From an uncultured virus (IMG/VR IMGVR_UViG_3300025132_000025) (taxonomy: Duplodnaviria > Heunggongvirae > Uroviricota > Caudoviricetes), in the IMG/VR virus record IMGVR_UViG_3300025132_000025: a stretch of 64,000 nucleotides of DNA; one strand, written 5' to 3'. Shown one piece after another: positions 1 to 7,506 of this stretch. Under the pieces are notes generated by a model. The model was not told the origin of the DNA and ran no database searches. It saw nothing but the letters and a program-made list of their open reading frames with translations. Within the stretch, counting starts at the first letter, position 1. The number at the start of each line of letters is the position of its first letter. The translations under genes and the position numbers were made by a program.

Positions 1-79
1 GTTGTATAAAAACCACTTTGATTGAGAGAGATAAGTGGGAACTCCCATACTGTTCATCTGGTGTGATGATTAGTATCTA

Positions 80-322
80 CTACAGTTCAATGTATCCTTT
101 CTCTTGAAGGGATTTGTCAAGATACTGAATTACCTCTTCAGTATACTCGAACCACTCATCTCCCTTAGTTGATACGAACTTGTCAGTAACAGTGTCATAC
201 TTAAGTTGTCCGTCTCTACGAAGAACTATCTTCCTAGAACCGTCAGACTTAAGAGTAACAATGTCGTAACGACCGTATCTCTTAGGAGACTTAACTGTAG
301 TAGTATTAGAAATATTATCCAT
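80..322 (-). CDS. Hypothetical protein (80 aa), first gene of the divergent minus-strand block
   Basis: ORF track; plausible protein composition; divergent from the + strand late block across a ~210-nt intergenic region. Confidence 0.65.
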   Translation of the reverse strand: MDNISNTTTVKSPKRYGRYDIVTLKSDGSRKIVLRRDGQLKYDTVTDKFVSTKGDEWFEYTEEVIQYLDKSLQEKGYIEL

Positions 323-476
323 ACCAAGATTAAGTAATGGTTATGATCTAATTTCGACGTGGGGGGATTTGATTTGTCTTTCCTACCGGGGGGAGTTTTC
401 CATAATGGTCTGCATCTCTGAATACCTCTTAAAAAAATTTTATAGAAAAAATTATTTTTTATAGGATTTTTTTATA

Positions 477-484
477 TATCTTTG
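477..484 (+). promoter_or_regulatory. Bacteroidota sigma70-type -7 promoter element (TATCTTTG)
   Basis: Matches TAnnTTTG; intergenic, ~50 nt upstream of the first + strand gene. Confidence 0.7.
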
Positions 485-531
485 TCACCGTAATTATAGT
501 TAAGTATAAACTATAGCTAAAATAAAAGTTA

Positions 532-888
532 ATGGCAGAAAAGGAAAAGACATGGAAAGATTTGTTTTATTGTACGCATAAGCAAGCCAATGCATGTATT
601 GTAAATAAAGAGGAAGCGCTCACTTATATCGATAACCACAAACTAAAGGTTATGTTTAAAGCAGAAGCTAATGATGGTACTCCGAGGAGGATATGGACTG
701 TAATAGATCCTGCAGGAGAGACTTGTGGTTTTCTATGGACAGCCATAGGAGACTTAGGTAAAAGAAATAAAGATAATTATAAGAAGGACGCTTTTGATTT
801 TTTAGAGATAAGAGTAGATCGTGAGACATATGTAAAAGATGGAGCGAAAAACTATCCTAGAACCAACTACTTTATAGAAAAAGAATAA
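532..888 (+). CDS. Hypothetical protein (118 aa)
   Basis: ORF with A-rich leader directly downstream of a promoter element. Confidence 0.75.
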   Translation: MAEKEKTWKDLFYCTHKQANACIVNKEEALTYIDNHKLKVMFKAEANDGTPRRIWTVIDPAGETCGFLWTAIGDLGKRNKDNYKKDAFDFLEIRVDRETYVKDGAKNYPRTNYFIEKE

Positions 889-891
889 TAT

Positions 892-963
892 CGCGGGTTA
901 GAGTAATGGTGAACTCGCTGGTTTCATTAGCCAGAGCAGGAGGTTCGATTCCTTCACCCGCTA
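892..963 (+). tRNA. tRNA with CAT anticodon, initiator (fMet)-like
   Basis: Cloverleaf: acceptor CGCGGGT/ACCCGCT (C1:U72 mismatch), D stem GAGT/ACTC, anticodon stem CTGGT/GCCAG with loop TTCATTA (CAT at 925-927), T stem GGAGG/CCTTC with TTCGATT loop; no encoded CCA. Confidence 0.85.
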
Positions 964-985
964 CTAAATTTAAAAACGAAGAATA

Positions 986-1318
986 ATGGCAATAACAGAT
1001 AATAGCAAGTTAGTATCAGCAATTAACAAGCAGGGTAACTCAACAGATCCTGGATGCGGCTGTGGCGCTGTAGTAGTAGCTAAACTAGAAGCTTTACCAG
1101 CAGGAGACTACGTAGCATTTCAACACCTTGATGGTGCTTCACCATTAGCTCTTACCAGTATTGTATTTAAAGGGGAGCCTATTGTAGATATAAGTGGCAC
1201 ACCAATTACAACCTTTACTGGTGGAGAAAAAATAGGAACTACACTTTGGTATGCAAATATTGAATCGTGTACAAATTCCGGCACTGGCGCTGCAATATTT
1301 TATAAGAGGTGTAAATAA
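986..1318 (+). CDS. Hypothetical protein, possibly a small beta-rich virion protein
   Basis: ORF track; Gly/Thr-rich with CGCG motif. Confidence 0.6.
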   Translation: MAITDNSKLVSAINKQGNSTDPGCGCGAVVVAKLEALPAGDYVAFQHLDGASPLALTSIVFKGEPIVDISGTPITTFTGGEKIGTTLWYANIESCTNSGTGAAIFYKRCK

Positions 1319-1320
1319 GC

Positions 1321-1530
1321 ATGATTGATAAAGATCTAATTGAGCAACTAGCAGATGAATATGATTTACCAGACTTTGTGGTAGATAGTATAGTTAAATC
1401 CCAGTTTAAGTTTGTTCAAGAAAAAATTGCAGAAGGAAACTGCGCCAAAGTAAGATTACACCATTTTGGTGTATTCAAGGTAAAACCAAAAAGATTGTAT
1501 ATTATAAATAAAGACACCGAGAATGAGTGA
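1321..1530 (+). CDS. HU/IHF-like DNA-binding protein (short)
   Basis: KDLIEQLADEY...VRLHHFGVFKVKPKR resembles the HU/IHF helices plus the xxFGxF signature; IHF homologs are typical of crAss-like phages. Confidence 0.75.
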   Translation: MIDKDLIEQLADEYDLPDFVVDSIVKSQFKFVQEKIAEGNCAKVRLHHFGVFKVKPKRLYIINKDTENE

Positions 1531-1819
1531 TTATCAAGAAGTAAATAGATACAAAATACAACTACAAGAATCTCTAGGAGATACACAAACACAGATAGAA
1601 TTCTGGAAAAAGAATGATAATCCTGATAATATTGTAGAAATGTATGAAGAACTAGAGGCTGAGATCGAACGAGATATTAAACAGGCTGATGTAAATCTTA
1701 CTGCTTTTGCGACTAACGAGATAGAGCCAGGAACGGGTGTATTTACAAATGCAAACTTTAGTACTGCTAAAGGTTTTGAGTTTGGAAAAAGTATAACACA
1801 ACACGGGTATAATGAGTAA
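1523..1819 (+). CDS. Hypothetical protein (98 aa)
   Basis: ORF overlapping both neighbours by 8 nt (translational coupling). Confidence 0.7.
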   Translation: MSDYQEVNRYKIQLQESLGDTQTQIEFWKKNDNPDNIVEMYEELEAEIERDIKQADVNLTAFATNEIEPGTGVFTNANFSTAKGFEFGKSITQHGYNE

Positions 1820-3503
1820 GAAGTCTAGTAAACGTAGATTAAATCCTACCCCTAGGAAGAAACCACATCAGTTTACTCTTCCTGGTGGAAGTACTATGAC
1901 GTTTCGTACCAGAGAAGAAATGTTGAGAGTAAAATCTCTTTATGAGATATTTCAACTTCCTGGTAAAGACAATAAGCCTCAAAAAACTAATATGGATGTA
2001 GCAGTTCGTATGACTTCAGATAATCCGCTTTTAAAACCTAAACTCACTAAGGCTCAACAACCGATAATTGATCTTAAGGTTATACCTACTGAAGAGTTTG
2101 AAAAAAAGTATAAAAGAACTGCGGCGGGAGATATGAAAAAAGTATCATCAGTTAATCCTTATGGTAAAATTAAAGCTACCCCAAAAAAGAAAGAAGAGAA
2201 AAAAGAGACACCACCAAAGGACTGGGTAGGACCTCCGTATACAGAAGAGGAACTATTACCACAGAATATAAGGTATACAAAGGCTCTTAATAATATTCAG
2301 AGCACAACTTGTACCAGTTGTACAGGTACTGACGGGAAATATGTTGCAGTGAATGATTGTGATGGTAATGGGCCATACTTTTTTCCGTGTGCCATATTTG
2401 AAGATACTACTCCAACTAATGCTATATTAGGAATACCAGTATCTTGTGCTGGTCCAGGTAATCCATATTATTATGCTTGTCAGAACCCTTGTTGGGGATC
2501 TCAATGGGTACCAATATTAATCGATGATTGTCTGCAAGGATGGAATGAATGCGCATCATTAAAACAAGATCCTGTATGCATTACTACAGCACCTACATGC
2601 GCTACACCAGGAATAGCTCAATCAGTTAGTCCTTCTTCTTCGGCATTAGATCCTTGTGCATGTGTTGTTGGATATGTTACAAATGGTTCTTTTGCTAGTG
2701 GTTGGGACCCAAACAGAGGGTTTTGGGTTATGCCTAGCACACTAACTAATCCAGGAGTTGGTTCTCAATTAATGGGTGAACAAGATGCATTTAATCTGAT
2801 AGTTAATGCAACTTCAGGCGCTCCTTATAATCTTACTGCCCCTGTATCTTCATCTGGTAGTATTGCTAAATTTGGGACTAAAATATATACTTCATTTGTT
2901 TACTATGGTACGCAAGGTAATCCTAACATTCACAGAATGGCTGAGGTTGAAATAGATCCGGGAGGTACAACTATAGTTTTTAGTAATATGTATACTGAAA
3001 CCCCTACTGCAAGTGCTTTTAGCCCTGGTGCCGCACTTTGTGCAAAAAATGCTACTACTCTTTTCAATGTTGTGGGTACTAATGTAGAACAGTTAACCCT
3101 AGATCCAGCAACAAATTCATTTACAAGAACCGTTCTATTTAATACAGTTGCCCAAACAGCTGGTGATATAGTATATGATCCATTTACTAATACTGTATGG
3201 ATTGCACAAATAGATTCTACTATAACTCACTATAATATGTCAGGAACTGTTTTAGGAGTTGTTGCACTTCCTCCAAGTTCAACTGTAATTTCAATGTGGT
3301 GTGAAGCTGGAGAAGTTTTATTCTATGTACCAGCAGGAGCACCAGCAGGCGGATTTAAGAAAATAGATAAAACAAATTATACTTTGATTCCTCTTGGTTC
3401 TTCCACACCTCTAATAGGTGTAGGAGGAGATGCGGCATCAGATCCTAATTGCTGCGGACAAGCTGTACAACCAACAATATGTGCAACACCTGGACAAATA
3501 TAA
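1812..3503 (+). CDS. 563-aa protein: basic N-terminus, Cys-rich middle, probable C-terminal beta-propeller
   Basis: K/R/P-rich first ~150 aa; many Cys; repeated short beta strands (e.g. AGDIVYDPFTNTVWIA). Confidence 0.65.
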   Translation: MSKKSSKRRLNPTPRKKPHQFTLPGGSTMTFRTREEMLRVKSLYEIFQLPGKDNKPQKTNMDVAVRMTSDNPLLKPKLTKAQQPIIDLKVIPTEEFEKKYKRTAAGDMKKVSSVNPYGKIKATPKKKEEKKETPPKDWVGPPYTEEELLPQNIRYTKALNNIQSTTCTSCTGTDGKYVAVNDCDGNGPYFFPCAIFEDTTPTNAILGIPVSCAGPGNPYYYACQNPCWGSQWVPILIDDCLQGWNECASLKQDPVCITTAPTCATPGIAQSVSPSSSALDPCACVVGYVTNGSFASGWDPNRGFWVMPSTLTNPGVGSQLMGEQDAFNLIVNATSGAPYNLTAPVSSSGSIAKFGTKIYTSFVYYGTQGNPNIHRMAEVEIDPGGTTIVFSNMYTETPTASAFSPGAALCAKNATTLFNVVGTNVEQLTLDPATNSFTRTVLFNTVAQTAGDIVYDPFTNTVWIAQIDSTITHYNMSGTVLGVVALPPSSTVISMWCEAGEVLFYVPAGAPAGGFKKIDKTNYTLIPLGSSTPLIGVGGDAASDPNCCGQAVQPTICATPGQI

Positions 3504-3514
3504 AATAAAAAGAA

Positions 3515-4054
3515 ATGTCACTATTTGATTTAAAAAACGGAAATGTAGTATTAAACCCAGACTCATTAGTCTTGCCTGGGTTTAGAGAAATATGGAAGAA
3601 AGATAAAACAAAAGGAAAAGATAAAGCAACAAAAGAAATATCTTATGTCTTTTTTATGTGTGATTATAATAGTCCTTATGCTGTATATCCTCAGCATAAA
3701 AGAAGAGATGTGATTTGTAAGGACTTTATGCAGGACGAAAAATGGAAAGAAACTCCTGAAGTATCTGAAGCTATGATTAGATACAAAGAATTTCAAGAGA
3801 CTCATACTATGAGACTCATGAGGGCGGCAAAAGGAGCAGCTGATAAATTAGCTGGATATTTTGAGAATATAGATTTTCTTAAAATAGATGATAAAGGAAA
3901 GCCGGTCTATACTGCAAAAGATGTGGCCTACAACTTAGAGAAAGTAGGAAGCATTGTAGACAGTTTAGATAAGCTAGAAACTAGAATTAAAAAAGAAGTT
4001 AAAACCGAATCTCGTGTAAGAGGAGGTGGAGACATCGGATTATATGAACGATAA
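3515..4054 (+). CDS. Conserved crAss-like protein, candidate terminase small subunit
   Basis: Helical 179-aa protein (FREIWKKDKTKGKDKATKEISYVFFMCDYNSPY, C-terminal RVRGG) of the type recalled upstream of TerL in crAss-like phages; function inferred from position. Confidence 0.5.
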   Translation: MSLFDLKNGNVVLNPDSLVLPGFREIWKKDKTKGKDKATKEISYVFFMCDYNSPYAVYPQHKRRDVICKDFMQDEKWKETPEVSEAMIRYKEFQETHTMRLMRAAKGAADKLAGYFENIDFLKIDDKGKPVYTAKDVAYNLEKVGSIVDSLDKLETRIKKEVKTESRVRGGGDIGLYER

Positions 4055-4065
4055 AATTAATAATT

Positions 4066-4416
4066 ATGGGATGCGGATGCAACAAAAATAAAAAGGCTCA
4101 GAAGTCTACAATAACTAAACAGGGTTATACAAAACCGGCGAAAGATATTCAGCCAGTTCAAACAAATAATACTGATCAGGGTCCAAGCCTTCTAAAGAAA
4201 GCTATGAATTTTGGTGAGGCTATTGCTAATCATGTGGCAGACGGTATGACTAAAGTAGATAAGAATGAACTATCAGCTAGATTATCTATTTGTGGAAAAT
4301 GCATACATAATCATAATGGTACTTGTAATAAGTGTGGATGTATACTTACTACAAAAGCTGCCTGGAGATCATCAGATTGTCCAGAAGGCTACTGGCCTAA
4401 TGCAAAAACAGAATAA
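4066..4416 (+). CDS. Cys-rich putative zinc-binding protein (DUF6171-like)
   Basis: RLSICGKC...CNKCGCILTTKA...CPEGYW pattern; N-terminal MGCGC. Confidence 0.6.
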   Translation: MGCGCNKNKKAQKSTITKQGYTKPAKDIQPVQTNNTDQGPSLLKKAMNFGEAIANHVADGMTKVDKNELSARLSICGKCIHNHNGTCNKCGCILTTKAAWRSSDCPEGYWPNAKTE

Positions 4417-4417
4417 C

Positions 4418-4657
4418 ATGGCAATAACAAGAAAACAATTAATAGAAAATTATGGGTTTAGAGCTTCTAAAGATCATAAGAAATTACTAACCAGAAAGGT
4501 AGGAGGAGAAGACACAATAGACGTATTCGGTAATGTAATGTTTTACGAAGGTAAATCAATATGTACATTAGAGTGGATGCCGCTAGAACTCTTTTCAGCT
4601 TATCTTGAAAAATTAATCAGCAGTATAAAAAAGAAACAATATGCCGGAAAAGTATGA
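4418..4657 (+). CDS. Hypothetical protein (79 aa; start moved from 4265 to ATG 4418)
   Basis: In-frame ATG immediately after the upstream stop (4416) removes a 152-nt overlap. Confidence 0.65.
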   Translation: MAITRKQLIENYGFRASKDHKKLLTRKVGGEDTIDVFGNVMFYEGKSICTLEWMPLELFSAYLEKLISSIKKKQYAGKV

Positions 4658-4898
4658 TGCAGAAATATTAGAAGAAGCTATGGATAATGCTTATGCTATT
4701 ATCATGGGACATAAAACTTTCGATAGTATTATGGAACTGAAAGGAGAATGCTCTTTACCTTATGATATTAGACAAGAAGAACCTGATTTAGAGGGTATGA
4801 TAGAATATTTTATTGAAACAGAAGAATATGAAAAATGCTCTGTACTGCAAAAGCTATTGGATAATGATAAGTTTTTTTCTAGAATTAATAATAAATAA
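4641..4898 (+). CDS. Hypothetical acidic protein with UVR-like C-terminal helix
   Basis: EYFIETEEYEKCSVLQKLL resembles the UvrB/C (EEYExAAxxRD) motif. Confidence 0.55.
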   Translation: MPEKYDAEILEEAMDNAYAIIMGHKTFDSIMELKGECSLPYDIRQEEPDLEGMIEYFIETEEYEKCSVLQKLLDNDKFFSRINNK

Positions 4899-4909
4899 TA
4901 ATAACATGA

Positions 4910-5992
4910 ATGAAATATATAATCTCTTTACTACTAATAGTATTAATACCCTTCTTATCACAAGCACAGGGATTTTTTAAGTACAGTACTTTCTACATTT
5001 CGGGGAGTGCAAATACTCCTTTAAAGGAACAACCAAATTATCAGATTAATAGAGTGACAGGAGAATACCTAGATCTTACAGAAGTTAATCCATATAATTA
5101 TAATCTTACTATTGGAGTAAGAAAGATCGCACGGTTTGATTATGAGAATCGTGCAAATGTATTTTATGATGGTACTGAAAATACAATTAGTAATAAAGCT
5201 CCTACAGGCGCGGTCGGAGGATTTGATTATTTAGGTAATTTCTCTATGGTAAGAAATAGAGGAGAAGAATTCATGAATCATAATTATTGGGTAAGATATG
5301 TACATAAACATTTTCTTGTTAAAGTAAATTATGAAGATAACCAGGATATAGAATTAAAACATTTTGGGGGAGAGGTTAGAGCAAAAGTATCAACAGGTGG
5401 TTTTGATTTTACTGTTGGTGCAAAACATAGAACTCATCCAGTTTATGGGTATGTTCCTTTTGAAGAGAATTTTAATTTAGACGAAGATCCTTGGTGGACT
5501 ATTGCATATGATTTAGGATATGTAGATGAATATTATTATGTAGACGGAGAAGATAATGGAGTTGATGATTGGTATGATTATTATAATTGGAATTGGTATG
5601 CACCAGATGGAACGTGGATTGCTGAAACTGATGAGGAATTTATGAAATATCATTTTGGAAGAGCTATCAATCAATACAATAAACAAACATTACGCAACAT
5701 TGGATTACAACAAGAAATGTCTGCTGTATTAGGAATAGCTTATTATCATTATACACCAAAATTTTGGTTACACACGTGGGCAGATGTATTGCCATGGCAT
5801 AAAGGATTAACAGATTATGCATATAGAAATATGGTATTAGATGATCGTAAAGAAGTTGATTATGATACAGGATTGATCATCGGTACTAAATTAAGTAGGA
5901 AGCTAGGTATGTTTTTAGAAGGATCATACCAACGCTATTGGGGAATAGAAAATTACAGAATAAAAGCGGGGATTAACTTTATAATATTATAA
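4910..5992 (+). CDS. Secreted outer-membrane beta-barrel-like protein
   Basis: Signal peptide MKYIISLLLIVLIPFLSQA; alternating aromatic beta strands; C-terminal YRIKAGINFIIL resembles a beta-signal. Confidence 0.6.
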   Translation: MKYIISLLLIVLIPFLSQAQGFFKYSTFYISGSANTPLKEQPNYQINRVTGEYLDLTEVNPYNYNLTIGVRKIARFDYENRANVFYDGTENTISNKAPTGAVGGFDYLGNFSMVRNRGEEFMNHNYWVRYVHKHFLVKVNYEDNQDIELKHFGGEVRAKVSTGGFDFTVGAKHRTHPVYGYVPFEENFNLDEDPWWTIAYDLGYVDEYYYVDGEDNGVDDWYDYYNWNWYAPDGTWIAETDEEFMKYHFGRAINQYNKQTLRNIGLQQEMSAVLGIAYYHYTPKFWLHTWADVLPWHKGLTDYAYRNMVLDDRKEVDYDTGLIIGTKLSRKLGMFLEGSYQRYWGIENYRIKAGINFIIL

Positions 5993-5997
5993 CATGA

Positions 5998-6276
5998 ATG
6001 GCAAAGCAAATTGGGGAAAACACAAAAGTAACACTAGATCTAAAAACATTAGGGATCATAGTGGCAGGAATAGTATCATTGGTAGGTATGTGGTTTGCGC
6101 TACAGGCGGATATTGAGGAAGCAAAAGAATTACCAAAACCACCACCACCAGAGGTAACTAGAATGGAGTATGATTTAAAAGATCAAATGATAAGAGAAAC
6201 GATCTTAAATACTCAGGAAGATGTAACCGAAATTAAAGAAACTATTGAAAAGATAGAAGAAAAATTATATGAATAA
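5998..6276 (+). CDS. Single-TM membrane protein with C-terminal coiled coil
   Basis: LGIIVAGIVSLVGMWFAL TM segment, PKPPPP linker, heptad-like tail. Confidence 0.7.
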   Translation: MAKQIGENTKVTLDLKTLGIIVAGIVSLVGMWFALQADIEEAKELPKPPPPEVTRMEYDLKDQMIRETILNTQEDVTEIKETIEKIEEKLYE

Positions 6277-6689
6277 TGGAAGAAAAAACTACTGAGATAG
6301 GGACATACATTTATTATATTTTAATAATGATATTTGTGTTTCTTGTGAGTGTAAGATCAAGTCACGCGCAAGCAACACTAGTAGATGATAATTATAAAAA
6401 GATAAATAATGGAACATCTGTTGTTGAATTCTGGGCTCCCTGGAATGAAGTTAATATGTGTTCAAGTTGGATGGTAGATATTACAGGCGCGACCTATTAC
6501 ATTATGAGTGTGGAAAGTCAAACAGCAAAAGACTTAAAAATTAAAGTACTTCCTACATTGATTGTGTTTAATGATGGAATGGAAGTAGCGCGATTTGAAG
6601 GTAATATCAAATTCCAGCTATGTCCGAAAAGAACACCCAAAAAAGTTCAGGGTGCAATAAATGAACTTGACAATTTAAATAGATATTAA
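6276..6689 (+). CDS. Exported thioredoxin-fold protein lacking CxxC
   Basis: N-terminal hydrophobic signal; VVEFWAPWNEVNMC in place of WAxWCxxC; cis-Pro region VLPTLIVFNDGMEVARFEG. Confidence 0.7.
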   Translation: MEEKTTEIGTYIYYILIMIFVFLVSVRSSHAQATLVDDNYKKINNGTSVVEFWAPWNEVNMCSSWMVDITGATYYIMSVESQTAKDLKIKVLPTLIVFNDGMEVARFEGNIKFQLCPKRTPKKVQGAINELDNLNRY

Positions 6690-6913
6690 TGAAGAAATTT
6701 TTAGAAATATTTAAAGATGATAATGACTGGAATGAAAAAGCTATTGTAGGCTTTATTGCATTTGTGATTATGATTTTAATAATGCTAGCCGATATGATTA
6801 CAGGCTGGTGTGGTAAAGATTTAGTAATAAATGAATTTGTTTATGACTCTTTCCTATTCTTAGTATTAGGATGTTTTGGAATAGCAGGTATAGAAAAATT
6901 CGCAAAAAAATAA
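6689..6913 (+). CDS. Two-TM small membrane protein, holin candidate
   Basis: Two hydrophobic helices and a basic C-terminus; upstream of the endolysin. Confidence 0.55.
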   Translation: MKKFLEIFKDDNDWNEKAIVGFIAFVIMILIMLADMITGWCGKDLVINEFVYDSFLFLVLGCFGIAGIEKFAKK

Positions 6914-6918
6914 AAATA

Positions 6919-7032
6919 ATGAAAATTAAATTTTGTAAATGGATAAAAGCTATAACCTTTGGTTTAGTTTGTTTAGAATGGTGTATAAAACCTGAGACAT
7001 GTGATCAGGGAGATAAATGTTGCAAAGCCTAA
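6919..7032 (+). CDS. Small Cys-rich peptide (37 aa) absent from the ORF track
   Basis: MKIKFCKWIKAITFGLVCLEWCIKPETCDQGDKCCKA*; fills the gap exactly, and its TAA overlaps the endolysin ATG (TAATG at 7030-7034). Confidence 0.6.
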   Translation: MKIKFCKWIKAITFGLVCLEWCIKPETCDQGDKCCKA

Positions 7033-7505
7033 TGAAGTTGGGTAGAATTAGTACTCATGTGAGTTATCGTGAAGGAGTGCGTAGTAGAACTGCAGACAGA
7101 TTAGGATTAGAAAATAATCCTAATACTGAGCAACTAAAATGCATGAAAGATATAGCTGAAGGTTTATTTGAACCTTTAAGAAAGTGGGTTGGTGGCCCAA
7201 TAAAAATTAATAGTTTTTTCAGAGGGGAGCCACTTAATACTGCTATCGGGGGAAGTAAAAGATCTCAGCATATGAAAGGTCAAGCTATGGATCTTGATGA
7301 TACATTTGGGCATAAAACAAATGCAGAAATGTATTACTATATAAAAGATAATTTAGATTTTGATCAAATGGTTTGGGAATTCGGAGACGATGATAATCCT
7401 AACTGGATACACGTAAGTTATGTGACGCATAGGCCTAACAGAAAGAAGCTAACTGTAGCATTAAAAAGAGACGGTAAAACCGTATACGAACATAGAGAAA
7501 AATAA
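7032..7505 (+). CDS. Endolysin, peptidase M15A family
   Basis: NSFFR...N..IGGS..SQHMKGQAMD...WIHVSY zinc-peptidase motifs; start placed at 7032 because of the TAATG coupling. Confidence 0.85.
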   Translation: MKLGRISTHVSYREGVRSRTADRLGLENNPNTEQLKCMKDIAEGLFEPLRKWVGGPIKINSFFRGEPLNTAIGGSKRSQHMKGQAMDLDDTFGHKTNAEMYYYIKDNLDFDQMVWEFGDDDNPNWIHVSYVTHRPNRKKLTVALKRDGKTVYEHREK

Positions 7506-7506
7506 T

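Noticed and set aside
918..934. Reading the tRNA as a TCA (opal) or TTA suppressor
   Set aside because: The 5-bp stem centres the 7-nt loop on CAT; other registers break the arm
4265..4417. Longer N-termini given by the ORF track for 4265, 7017, 32945 and 34071
   Set aside because: Downstream ATGs (4418, 7032, 33002, 34128) fit stop-start coupling or promoter position and avoid long overlaps
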